A DNA stretch of 51,518 nucleotides, filler included, from Dirinaria sp. TL-2023a (Eukaryota), in NCBI GenBank assembly GCA_051941275.1. It is 3 parts of 3 records of this genome, joined end to end, with 100 filler letters (N's around TTAATTAATTAA, not from the genome) between each part and the next. Parts side by side here need not be neighbours in the genome. Positions count along the whole stretch, not along the records: positions 34,444 to 51,518 come from JAVEBF010000455.1; 2 more parts are not named here. The stretch is one strand, 5' to 3'. Positions 34,972 to 47,829 of the stretch are shown here, in pieces. The notes beneath the pieces were generated by a model. That model was not told the origin of the DNA. It saw only the letters and a program-made list of their open reading frames with translations, and ran no database searches. How positions within the stretch are numbered: position 1 is the first letter of the stretch; each line of letters starts with the position of its first letter. The position numbers and the translations under genes are program-made.

Positions 34972-35884
34972 CTACTTAACAGGCTTGGCCTTAGGGTTCA
35001 ATGGTGAAGAAGCATCTTGTAGTGTCCCCTTGGCTGGTGGTTCTTGCTGAGATCGCTGTGCAGCCTCAGAATGAATAGCTGAGGATTCAGGGGTTGCAGA
35101 AGGCGCAGGCGTGGGCCGTGGGTCGTTGTTAGAGGCAAAGCGAGCGAGCCAGGACAGCCAACTTCGATTCTTTTGCTCCTGTTCCCTTTCTTCTTTTTCT
35201 TCCAGCTCCCAGAGTTCTTTAGGTAGGATTCTTTTCTGATCTGGCTTCTCACCAGCTGCGTTCCTCAACCTCAAGATCTCCCTTTCCAGCTCTACTAGCG
35301 CTCGTCGTGAAGACTTTTCGGTCTCTTCTAGCTCACCGATTCTCTCGGCCACATCTTCCCGTCGAGTGTTTTCTTTCTTTTCGCGTCGGGACCATTCGAA
35401 GCCAATCAACCCTAGGCTTACTAGGAATAGGAACGATTCCGAAACGAAGTTGGCACCGGTATCAATAGCTTTGGCTTCGGAAAGAGGCCGTATGCGCGGC
35501 TTCGTCTTTTCTCTCGCCTTCTTCTTCTCTTCCGCAGTCTCGGCCTCGAATGCTTTCATCTCGGCTTCTGTTCTGACAGTCGGTGCGTCCAATTTGTGTT
35601 TCCTCGCCTGCGCTTCGGCGGCTTCCCTCGCAATCTGCTTTTCTATGACTGCAGGGTCTTGTAGGAGTCCCAGCCGTAATCGCATATCAACACGGTGTAT
35701 GCTTTGAGCAAACCTAACACAAATTCGTTTGAAACGCTCATGTTCGCGAGCTTGAGCTTTGATCCTATTCTAGAGCAGGTCAATTCTGCGAAGCACGATG
35801 ATGCAGCAATGAAGTACGGACAGCAATTGGCTTCGAGAGTGTCCGCACGAGCAAAGATGTAAGCTTCAACACGACACCCGACAT
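34972..35884 (-). CDS. OPA3-like mitochondrial protein, ~286 aa
   Basis: Exons 35884-35822 and 35769-34972 give MSGVVLKLTSLLVRTLSKPIANRIKAQAREHERFKRIC..., followed by IRPLSEAKAIDTGANFVSESFLF (OPA3 family signature). Confidence 0.88.
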
Positions 35885-36493
35885 CGTTCATCAACCGTTA
35901 ACAATCCATTATAGAGCCATGACGAGGTTCTGAAGAATGGACGCGAGCATAGAGCCCATTAGGATGCATACGATAACCTATTCAAAGTACTCATTCTCGC
36001 TTCCTCCGACACCAGCAACGTCGGACCATGATGTGGAAAGTTCGAAGTTTCTCGATGGAGCGGGCTCGGCGGGATCATCCCAGTTAACGCGTGCCTATTC
36101 TCGGCCCGGGGTTTAGCCGTCTAGCTAACGCTACATTGTCCTGCCAACAGGAATTGTTTACCGCTCCTCGGCTCGCAGTACCTCTAGCCTCAAATCCATA
36201 TATGAGGGTCCTTGTTAGTCTCATCAAAGATTAATAATACCTTCAGGCTAACATATTTCCAGCAGCACAGAAAGAGGTCATTTCGCCTAGCGAGCAACGA
36301 CAAAGCTCTGGATCCCCAAGCTTTTAGAAGTCCTTTGCGCCAGAATGGGAAATCGTTCGGTCTAACCTGACACTGGCTGTTGCCGGCGGTACCATACTCA
36401 CGCATATTCTACAATTACGAACCGATATACCGCTACTCTCCAGTAGCGAATAGACACAGATTTTCGCTCTAGTGGAGTGGTCAGTGTCCAAAG

Positions 36494-39400
36494 ATGGAAC
36501 CCCTCTCTCCGCGCGCAGTCAACATACCGTCCAAATCGAGAGCGGCAGCAGCAAAGGACTATGCGAAACCATCCGCAAACAAAGAGCCGCCAAAGGCGAA
36601 AGAGCATGCAATTAAACCACCGCCGATCATTGTACAGCCGCCCGTACAAGAAGGCATGCTCTCAGACAAATACAGGATAGGGAACCACCTGGGAAAGGGC
36701 GGATTTGCTGTTTGCTACGAGGGAGAATTGCAGTGCAAAAAATACAAGACAACAGATCGTGTCTACGCTCTGAAGGTCGTGCCTGCCACGATGAATCACA
36801 AGAAGATGGAGGACAAGGTACCCATGGAATGAGGAGACGACAGAGATACGCTTACTGACTCAATTTTGAAGTTTCGAACCGAGCTCCAGATACATGCGAA
36901 ACTGCATCACCCGAGCATTGTCGAATTCCATCGCGCGTTTACATTCAAAGACAACACATATGTCGTCCTCGAGCTGTGCCCAAATGGATCGGTCATGGAC
37001 GTGGTGAAGAAGAGAGGATGCTTAAGCTTGCCCGAGGTTCGGCGCTTGACTGTCCAACTCTGTGGCGCTGTCAAGTACATGCACGCCAGGAATGTGATTC
37101 ACCGGGACTTGAAGATGGGAAACTTGTTTCTGGACCATGACATGAATCTAAAGCTGGGCGACTTCGGCCTGGCAGCCGTACTAGTCAACAAAGACGAATA
37201 TGAAGGCGTATACAGCAAGAATTTCTCAAGAAGAACAACGATGTGTGGAACCCCTAACTACATTGCTCCTGAAATTTTGGAGAAAGCGCGGGGCGGCCAC
37301 GACCATAAGGTTGACATATGGGCAATAGGTGTCATATTGTGTGTATTCTTAGCCTAAAGGTAGACCAGAGTATGGCACTGACTTTGCCCAGATTTGCGAT
37401 GCTTACTGGGCTCCCCCCATTTCAAGCGACATCGCAAGATGAAATTTATCGGAAGGCGAAAGGCGTCGAATACGACTGGCCAGGAATCGGCCCGAACGCT
37501 CGAAGATGCCACAATGACATACCCTCGGAGGCGAAGGACCTCGTGGCTCGTTTGCTGAAAGTCGATGCCGAAGCAAGACCTAACCCCGACGAAATCGTGG
37601 GCCATGCGTTCTTCTCGATGCACAATGGCAATGCAATGCCATTGACGCTTGATCCTTCATGCCGCAGACAGAAGCCAAGCTGGTTGTTGAACCAAACACC
37701 GCGTGGAGACGTTATGGATGGGATCGTTCCTCGCCTTGAACTGAGGACACTCGCCAAAGACTGTGGTGTAGGTCGACTGGAAGACAACCTCAAGCCTTAT
37801 AGAGTCATGGGTGAGAATGTGGAATTGTCTTTATACAAAGAATGTGTAGCCGAAGAGCATGCCGAAATGTCCCCAGAGGTCCCTTTGCCAATGGACAAGG
37901 TTTACACCTCCATAAGGAGTCTAAAGTCATGGCCTCAGGAAAGATTAAAAGACGAAACACCACCTTCAACCACAGTTGCTTATGAATGTGTGGAGAGTGA
38001 GCCATGTAAGCCAGTGAATGAAAATCCATCAGAGCCAATACGACCAACTCGAACCATCCAAGCTACACAATCCAGACGCGGACCAATCCAAAGCCATGCA
38101 GCGACACTCCGAGCCGCTCAAACTGGCCAAAAACCATCACGGACGCTGCCAAGAGTCGTGCCGACGGTCACTACTATCCACGAAGATGCGGAAGGTATGG
38201 GTAAACAAGAAGCGTCACAGCGACGTCCGTCACGGCGTCTGTTGAACGAACTTCCTGTCCGTCCCAACATGAGTGCATCGGCCAATGGAACTGGACAAGC
38301 TGCAGTGGCTGCTGTGCCATCGTCACGAGTCACAAGGTCGACAAGAATGCAATCCACGCCCAATCTGGTCAGAGTAGATCAAAGAGAAGCAGAGTCAAAA
38401 GCACCGGAACCAGATGCAAAGAGGAAGGAGAATGCCGCAAAAAACGAAGCTAGAATAGCAGCAAATGTCCAGGAGGAAATTAAAGAAGCTATTTTAGGCC
38501 AAAGAGGCTCGGGACGGCAGAGGCGTGCTCGTCCTAAGCCTGTTTCTCTAGATAACTCCAAAGGAAGAGTGCTTCTCAGCCCCGACGATGTCGCTGAAAC
38601 CTTATTAGATACAACTCCTAACAGTGTTCGTTCAAATCTGGGAAAACTTCATGAACAGCTGCAGAGGTTTTTGGACAAGCAAGTTTACCCAGAGAGGAAC
38701 ACCCATGCATGCCTGGCAGCGGGGAAGAAAAGCGCTAAAAATCGGCCAGTCATTCTGAAATGGGTGGATTATTCTCATAAATTCGGCGTAGGTTATATTC
38801 TCGAAAATGGCACGGTGGGGTGCATCTTGAACGGCGACGATGGAAACCCTCCCACATACGTAGCTGTTGCCGGAGCGGAAGAGCACCTCAAAAAACGCAA
38901 ATTGTCAATGTACGTCGACAAAGAACAAATTGTCCCAAAAGACGGAGCTCCAATAGCTTTCTTCGAGGACTGCCGTGCAGAGGGTATCAGACGTGTCCTT
39001 GTTTCACCCATGAAATATCAGATGCAAGGATCTCGTGGGCTTTCCGAGGAGTTGCGTCGTGGCAATGACGAGTACGACCGAGCAAAACGTGAAAGACTGT
39101 ATCTGTGGGACAAGTTCGCCAGGTATATGACTCAAAGCCTGGGAAAAGGCGACAGTAATGACTTGGATGCTCTTCCATCGAGGCAAGGACCACAATCCGG
39201 CCACTGCGAGCCTGTAGGGCCGTTCATTAGATTCTATCAGCGTCTCGGTAATGTTGGGATCTGGGGTTTCGGTGACGGGTCTTTCCAAATCAATTTCCCC
39301 GACCATACCAAATTAATCCTTTCTCCCGACGGTTCCTGGCTTGACTTCTATCACCTTTCCCTGGAGGCCGCTCGATCCCTGAGGAGAGGAGAAATGCTCG

Positions 39401-39696
39401 AAGCTACATCGTTAGTTGAAAGAAGCGCTCTTCGGTATCCGACCGATGTCATGTTGTGTGGCTCCTACCGTGGACATGACTTTAAACAGTTGATCGTCGA
39501 AAATGAATTAGCGTCCAAATTAGCATTTGTCAAAGATGTGGTAGGCATCTGGCATCAAGCTGGTGGACTTGGTTGCATGGGTGGCAGAAGTGGCATCAGA
39601 TGGGATGGCATGAGCGAAAAGGGCGGAAAGCTCGTATGGGTCACCGTCGGTGCTCATGGAGGAGACGAGCGAAAGCACGAAAGACGCGCTAGCTGA
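36494..39696 (+). CDS. CDC5: Polo-like Ser/Thr kinase (Cdc5/PlkA/Plo1), ~1031 aa
   Basis: Exons 36494-36817, 36872-37338, 37392-39696. LGKGGFAVCY (Polo-type P-loop), FRTELQIH, HRDLKMGN, DFGLA, CGTPNYIAPE; polo boxes KWVDYSHKFGVGY and QINFPDHTKLIL. Confidence 0.92.
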
Positions 39697-40326
39697 GGCC
39701 AGATCTCTGTCGTATCATATCGCCTTCTACCCACTCCCATCACACCACCACGACCAGGTCCAGCGGCATGGGCATAATGGCGGATACGGCCAGCGCGGGG
39801 AGTACTAGGTGTACCTCAGAATGATTTTAGCATTTGGACAGTTAGGTTGTCTGACGACCTATGCTTCTCTGTTATTTAATATTGTTTCAAAGACTTATAA
39901 TGATCCTTGGGATGTGTCAACCCTGAGCTTGACATAGGTACCCACAGTGTACATGTACCTACCTTACCTTGAGCTGTTTAAGGTAAAGCATGTATGTAAG
40001 GTACTCTGTAATCATCAAGGTCAGGTGACTAGATATGTAGGTAAGGTACATGTTACCCTATCACACTAGCCCAAATGCAGACAAATAATGATCACCCATT
40101 TACGAGCTCATGACTTTCAAGCTCCTGCAGACTCTCTAAATTTGTCAAATTCCCATGGGTTGTTTATTCGGCCCGGAAGCTAACACAAGATGACAGACGT
40201 CTCTACCTTCATGTACTTGGAGCAAGGCTCGATCACATGACACTCGACACGAGCGGCTGTCAAGAACATGGCTATCCAACGGTTTCCCTCTACTTCCATC
40301 CATAAAGTCACATTTCGAAGCTCAAA

Positions 40327-41947
40327 ATGCAATGTGATATTTGCCACCGGGCACTTGATGCTCGAGTGCAGTTCAACTGCACAAGCTGCGCACGCAATGC
40401 TCTGTATGGACCCAGGATTCAGCAGGCACGGGCTCTGCTCGAAGTTGAAACCTTGGGACAAGAGGTAGAGAAGAATGTCAAGTCGTCTAGACACCGAATC
40501 AAAAATTTAGACAAGCTAGATGGAGCGTTCCCAACTTATACTATTGAGCTTGCTTGCGCCGAGAAAGTGGAGCTGGAAGACCGGACCGACACGATCTTGG
40601 CCCAAGCGGATCTCTTGCGGGGACAGACAGAGGAGCTGAAGGCGTACATGGATAAGAAAAAGGCGGAGCTTTCCAAACGACGGTCGACTCTCAGTAGTGC
40701 TACTAGGAGACTCTCAAAGCGTGCCGATAGCGAGTTCGAACCACTTCAGAAAGACACAACCCGAACAAAGAGCCACTGGGATGCGCTCCATACCAAAACT
40801 GCCGAAGCGCGCAATTTCCTCTGCAGGGAGGCCGCTCAACTATACGGTCTTCAACAGCGCAGAGGGAAGAAAGGCGGAATAGAAAGAGACGTGTACCTTA
40901 TTGGGGGTTCTCCTATAATCGATCTTAGAGATTTGAACAGTGAGTCTCCTCAAAAGCATAAGCGTATCGATACTCATAGCACGAACAGACGCTTCCCCAA
41001 GTCAAGTATCTACGTCTATGAATAATCTTGCACGGTTGACCCATCTTGTTTCACATTACCTAGGCCTTCGTCTCCCGGCTGAGATCACTCTACCTCACCG
41101 AGATTATCCTCTATCTACCATTCTGTCTCCAGGCTCATCCTACACGTCTCGCGATATCCCTTACCCTGGTTTGACACCATCTCATTCTTCGAGCAATAGT
41201 CCGTCCGCTTCTCGCGCTGTAGATCTAGGTCCGCTACCTCGTCCCCGCCCCTTACACTTGGAGAAGAAATTAGCTATTTTAGCTAAACAAGATCCTGTCG
41301 CATACGCCTCGTTTGTGGAAGGTGTTACACTGCTAGCATGGGATATAGCTTGGATGGGCAAAACCCAAGGTCTAGAGATCGGAAAATTCTCTTGGGAGGA
41401 CGTCTGTGCGTTGGGAAAGAACCTCTGGCAGTTGCTTCTTGGCCCTCGCCTGGCGCCTCAAAGGCAATCCCCGGCCAAAGTTTCTGTCCAGCCTATTACA
41501 TCTCGTTTGAAATCAGTTCCAGAAAAAGCTGTACGGAGTCCACATCTTCCAGTATTGGGTCACTTCTCTCACAGTACGGCACACTCCTTCCTTCCTGCTT
41601 TCGAAGGCGTTGAGCATATGAGCGAATGGCGTTTGCAAAGTCCCGTGAAAGTTATCGACAAAGTCAAGGCCATGCTCTTGACCGAGCGTGATGGCGCAGA
41701 ATGGCAGATCCTTCGAGAAGATGAATGGGAGGAGGAAAACCTCGTGGATGAAACGGGCCTAAATCAAGAAGAGTACGGAAAGGCGACAAGAGAGACGATC
41801 TTGATAGATGGCATCGGCGAAGAGCCAAGTCTAGATGTTCCGTCCGAGAATCTCTATCATGAAACGGAACAGAAAGGTGAGGGTGAGCAAGATAGGTCTA
41901 AGGGTACTAGCGGATGGACAAAGTTGAAGAGCCGAGGTGTAGTTTGA
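40327..41947 (+). CDS. Atg14/UVRAG-family PI3K complex subunit, ~523 aa
   Basis: Exons 40327-40939 and 40989-41947. N-terminal CDIC..CTSC Cys pairs, coiled coil, ARNFLCREAAQLYGL, IIDLRDLN, SHYLGLRLPAEITLPHRDYP, LAWDIAW, GHFSHSTAHSFL. Confidence 0.8.
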
Positions 41948-42685
41948 ATGATAATAGGATTTGAGTCGGGTCCAGAAGCTATTCATGAAGGAATACCAGT
42001 GGATTTTCATCAGTCTGTAGGCTAGCTCTATGCCTTTCATCCTTCTGGTCGGTGAGCCTACCCAGTGCCTAGTGTCCTTCGATTTCTCTCACAAAGACTC
42101 GCATTTTAAGCCGTCGACGTGTTGTTTTGCAGTAACTCTTTCTTCGATTGACAATCTACCGTTTACATGGTAGTAAACGTGCTTATATCCAAGCAGCTGC
42201 GTCTGGCCTCAACAGACATTTCGGCTGTTGAGGCGACGGTTTTGCAACATTTCCCAAAGTCATGTAGACAATGGGCAATGGAAAAACTCCACAATTAAAG
42301 CTGATATTCAGAAATGCTCTCAATAATTTGGTCAAGAGCCTCACTTCGCTGGACGCTCCTAAATTGACAAGCCAAATGTCACCGGATTCACCACTTAGAA
42401 AGGGTTGGGAGCTTCATTCAGCAGCCCATCCTCCTGTCTACCTGGTCCTAGGACCAAACCTTCCATGAAATTTCTAGGGTCTTTTCAGGGTTGACGCAGA
42501 TGGTCCCAAAAAGGAAATCATGGCCGCAAAGGTACTTTATGATAGCTGGATGATGATGCAAGGAAGAATTACTTGTAGCTCCCTGGCTTGCCTCGGAACA
42601 CCAGTAACACTATAGTGTATACTTCATCCAAACCAAAAACCAACACGAATGTGGATATTGCGACCAGCGGTCATTGGTGGTCTTG

Positions 42686-45483
42686 ATGAACGGAACAGTT
42701 ACGCCCAAAAGCTCTCTGGACGCAGGTTTGCAAGCCACAACTACATCATGAGATCTTCAAATAACAATTGCCTTAGCTGACTATGATCCAATTGAGCATC
42801 TCAACGAGATATTCTCCCACCCATCCACCCTACATTCTGTACCGAAAATATCCAAAGCGCTGCGAAATTATCAACATGAAGTTGACAACGAGGTCACGAC
42901 ACTCGTCCTGCATCAAGCGACATCGGAAGCGGATAGTGTCAAGAGAATTCAGCATGCAAAGAAGGACCTGGCAGAAATGTTTCGTAAGGTTGAAAGCGTG
43001 CAGGAACGAGCCGCACAGACCGAGCGGACCATTACAGAGATGACAGCCGACATCAAGCGTCTTGATAATACCAAAAAGAACCTTACGCTCTCTATGACTG
43101 CCTTAAAAAGACTTCAGATGCTCACGACGGCTTATGAGCAACTCCGAGGACTAAGCAGTTCCCGACAGTATCGAGAATGTGCCCAGCTGTTGCAGGCTGT
43201 CATACAATTGATGGCCCACTTCAAGTCATACCGCTCAATTGACCAGATTGCGACCTTGAGTAAAAATGTAGCCGACATACAGAGGGAACTATTAGAACAA
43301 GTCTGTGAGGATTTTGAGTTAACATTCGCCAAAGGGGAGGTGGCGCAAAGACGAGCTATGCTAGTTGAAGCGTGCTCTGTAATGGATGCTTTGGGTGAGA
43401 ATGCCAGGTCGAGATTGATAACATGGTACTGCAACACACAACTCCGAGAGTATAGGCAAGTGTTTCGAGGCAACGAGGAAGCCGGCTCACTCGATAATAT
43501 CTCAAGAAGATATTCGTGGTTCAAGAGAATGCTTAAGACTTATGATGATGAACATGCTGCCATGTTTCCTGCTTATTGGCGTGTCAACGAGATGCTTGCC
43601 AATGCATTTTGCGAAAGTACGAGAGATGACTTCCGAGGCATCCTATCGAGAGCAGCTCGCAAAGCGGATGGCATGTCACTGGATGTTGATTTACTTCTCT
43701 CATGTCTGCAAGAGACTCTTGATTTCGAGCATAGTTTGGAAAAGCGGTTTTCAAGCACGGTTAGTCTCGGTGACTCCTGGCGAACACCCGCTGATATTCC
43801 TACAGTCTCGAGCTTCTATCGATACTTTAGCATCAAGCGACGATAAACCTCCAATATTCAGCCAAGCTATTTCTGAAGCATTTGAGCCTTATCTCAGTAT
43901 CTGGGTTGAAGCTCAAGACAAGCAAGTCATTCCATTTCTCCGTGTGTATAGAGGTTTAACAATTTTCAGGCACCTATCTACTATGATTCCCAAATACCGC
44001 CAATTACCCCCAAAACCTCCAGATGAAGAATTTTTTCCTCAGATGGTTATTCATTCCTCTACCGAGCTTTTCAGCTTCTACCGGGTCACATTAGCACAAT
44101 GTGCCAAACTTTCCAATGGTGACAGGCTTGTAGAATTGACAAAGGTTTTTGCCAAGTACCTCGACCAGTACGCACAACAAATTCTACTTTACCATGTAAG
44201 CGAGCGTCCAACCGGAAGCACGCCGTCCAAGGTCCCCAACATTGAGGATACCATTCTTGTGCTCAACACCGCCGACTATTGCTTTACTACATGCACCCAG
44301 CTCGAAGAAAAAATCAAGAGTCGAATCGACGTTGCCTTGAAGTCGAGTGTTGATTTGCAAAGCCAAGCGGATACTTTCATGGGTGTCGCAAGTGCTACTG
44401 TTAGATCGCTGGTGCGTAGGGTAGAAATGGACATTGAGCCTACCTGGCGGGAGATGCGCAATTGCGGATGGAGCAAGATGGAGAGCGTTCAGGACCAAAG
44501 CTCGTATGTGGGTGAACTTATCAGACGTATCGATTCTCGCGCTACAGAAATCCTAAGCATGCTCCACAAGCAGCAGTATGCGAGAGCTTTTTGTGACAAT
44601 GTTGTCGACATGGTCGCTAATGCGTATGTGTCTAATATCCTCCAATGCAAGCCGGTCTCGGAAGTAGGCGCTGAACAGGTAAGGATGGTTGCGGAAAATT
44701 ACTTGAAGCGGCGCTGATTGTCATCACCAGATGCTTCTCGATATGTATGTTCTGCAGAAGTCCCTATCAAGCCTCCTCAACCGCACGCTTCCACCAAACA
44801 CGCCAGCGCCACCTGCATACACCAAACGTGTTCAGCAGTCGATGTCTCGGATCTCTCCGTTATTGAAAACTCTTCAAGTCCGCGCCTCGCCTCCAGAGGC
44901 CCTCGTCCAGGCATACCTGATCCATATTGCAGACAAATCGGATGCCAACTTCCGCAAGATTCTCGAGCTGAAAGGCATACCCAGGAAGGATCATTCTTAC
45001 TTGGTAGAACTCTTTCAGGCCCATCAAAAGTCGTCCAGCCATGAGCAGCTCCCACAGAACTCCACTCTACTCACCCCCATGACGGTAGGACCGGCGAACA
45101 GCGGTAGTACTGCAGTTGCAGGTGCTCTCGGCATCCCGGGCTCACTTTCGAATGCGGCTAGCCTGAGCACGCCGAATCTTCACGGTCGCTTCGACCCCTT
45201 ATCGTACGGCAACGCTATCATGACAGCAGCTCGCGATGGCGTCGACCGCTTTGGGAGTCCCGCTCTTGGCGCCAGCGCGGCAGCAACACCTTCCGGTGTG
45301 GTCAGCCCACCAGCTGTGGACCAAAGGACGGGCTTCCACGATGGCCCAGCGACCCTCGCTACCCCGGCCCCGCAAGCAACGGGCCATCTGAACGAAAATC
45401 TGAGGAACATCGGTAAATTCTTCAAACGGGACATGAGTAATTTTGGAAGATTCGGAGGAGGGTCTAAAGGAGATGACTCATGA
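42686..45483 (+). CDS. VPS53: GARP complex subunit Vps53, ~866 aa
   Basis: Exons 42686-42725, 42777-43759, 43806-43921, 43970-44678, 44731-45483. DYDPIEHLNEIFSHPSTL, ITEMTADIKRLDNTKKNLTLSMTALKRLQMLTTAYEQL, EAGSLDNISRRYSWF, LNTADYC, SEVGAEQMLLD, NFRKILELKG. Confidence 0.93.
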
Positions 45484-46667
45484 CTCCCTTGCAGTAGAAT
45501 TGACAGAGCCAGGGAATCCACGTTTTGATTATGTAGCCCTGATTTGCTGCAGTCGTTGCTGCAGTTTTGACTGCAATGATCGGTGCTACTGCACCATTGT
45601 GCATGATCACTGCGTTGACAGCCGGACATACTGACAGTCTAGTGGATCACGTGATGCTCGCTTATCGGGGATGTGAATATCAATCTAAGCTTAAAGACCC
45701 TGAATATGCACGAGGGGTCGAAAGTGAACCGGCAAATCTTCGCTTCCAGCTTTTCCACCGAGCACATTATTTGGTAAGATACGAGGATACGTAAGGTAGG
45801 TACTTTATCGTACAGTAAGTACATACCTGATTACCTTATTACGGCGCAATCATTCAAAGTCCTCCGAGCTCGCTTATATCCCGCATTTCATGACGATTTG
45901 GCAACTGACATGCGAATTCGAGGTACAGTACGGAGTACAGTAGTGTTGAAGAGGATGATCGACCCTTGTCGACTAGCGACTCTGGACCTCTTCATCTGTA
46001 CGAGCAGGAGCAGCAGACGCAGATGAAGAGAGCCAGATTGGCGCATCCCGACGATGCAACAGGTTCACCTCGCGATCGGCGATCTGTGATCTGAAAAGTA
46101 CATGCATGCAGGCAGCTGCACTGTATCCCTTCCAGCAGATGAACGTGCTCGTGATTTCTCTCTTCGTTCGCAAATCGATGACAAGAAGATTCTTATCGCG
46201 CTAAAGGAGGGGCAGCAAGCGCTTCCACCTTCAGTTTGCTCAAAAACCTGCCCACGGCCCACAGCCCACCTCTTTTTTTTTTCCTACTTGTATTTAGCTT
46301 AAAGTACATTCCCCTCCTCCAAATCCCACTTTTCCCACCTTCTTCGAAAAACCTTCTGACGGATCTCTTCCGTTGAATTGTCGCGCAATCCTGCTCGACA
46401 CCCTTGATTGAATCTCTAACCAAAGACAGCACGTAACAAAAAACAAAAATCAGTTTGAGATGTTCGTCCGCTGCTCTTACACCCCGTACTGACTTTGATC
46501 TGCCCAAACCTCCTTGCTCTTGTGCGCCGGTCATGTATCACCACCATGTCTCCGTGTTCTACTCTCTCCCACTTTCGTGTCAATCCGACCGCCGCGTCTT
46601 TGGTGTGAGGGGTCAGAGATTGAGTAGTGTGCTAGTCCGAATATCCTGATCGAACGCTTGACGCATC

Positions 46668-47438
46668 ATGGCCAAGCTCTTCATTGGGTAAGTCTTTTTT
46701 GTTGCCTGTTCCCAGGTGCTGCATTGTGCCAGACCGAGCTAACGAAAGACTAGTGGCCTTGCATGGCATACCGACGATAGCGCGCTGCGGACCAAATTTG
46801 AGCAATTTGGTCAAGTAGAAGAGGCTGTACGTCTGCTGCAGATGCTGTACCAAACGATTTTGGTAACGTTTGTTTGTAGATCGTCGTTAAAGACCGTGAT
46901 ACTGGCCGTAGTCGTGGCTTCGGCTTCGTTCGCTTCTCCGACGAGCAAGCTGCCGACGATGCAATCGGCCAGATGAACAATGTCGAGTGAGTACCACAAA
47001 GCGCACTGCGCTCTACCGCTCGTGAGCACCATGAATGACGTACTGACCAACCTCAGGTTTGACGGCCGTACCATCCGCGTCGATAAAGCCTCCGAGCGTG
47101 GCTCTGGCGGTGGGGGCGGCGGCGGCGGCGGCTATGGTGGTCGTGGTGGCTACAATGCTCCCCGCGGCGGTGGAGGTTACGGCGGTGGTGGCTACGGTAT
47201 GCTCTCCCTCTCCGACTTGACGACACATCTCCTGATCTAAATAGGGGGGGGCGGAGGCGGCGGCTGGGATCGTCAAGGCGGAGGTGGTTAGTAGTATCTA
47301 ATTATTCTCAAGGCACTTTCAAAATACTGACTTGTCGCAGGCTACGGTGGCGGACAGCATTACTCCGGTGGCGGACAACCCTATGGCGGCGGTGGATACG
47401 ATCGTCAAGGCGGCGGAGGCGGAGGCGGCGGCTGGTAG
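46668..47438 (+). CDS. Glycine-rich RNA-binding protein (single RRM plus GGY/RGG tail; CIRBP/GRP-like), ~159 aa
   Basis: Six exons: 46668-46687, 46754-46826, 46880-46986, 47057-47196, 47245-47286, 47341-47438. RNP2 KLFIGGLAWHT, RNP1 [22 protein letters not shown], Gly-rich tail. Confidence 0.9.
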
Positions 47439-47829
47439 ATCCAGCTGCCCACGGCATCTGACATGGCCTGATCCCTTCGACGGCTTACACGAACGATACA
47501 GAGTCGACCCCGTGGTCTTCTTGATGGATGGCGATGAAAGGAATGATGTGTGAATGATACCCCCCCGGCAAATTCGGTCACCAGCCCCTGTCTGAAGGCT
47601 CCCAATGGTTTCGGACGAGGTCTGGCATAGCAGCACTCCTGGAAAGGTTCTCGATCTCGGCGATCTTGTGCACGGACTCGGGCGTGGAAGATGCCTTTCT
47701 GTTAGTCGAGCTGCTTCTAGCACTTTCCAGTCTTCACCCAAAGCACTTCTGCACCTGTCCACGGTCTAGATAGCTTCACGACCTGCAAAGGTCTGGTCAC
47801 GAGAAATTGGCAAGCTTGCTGCTACTGCA

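Noticed and set aside
47520..47596. Possible C/D snoRNA in the 3' region of the RRM gene
   Set aside because: No exact RTGATGA box C, no terminal stem and no recognisable guide sequence.
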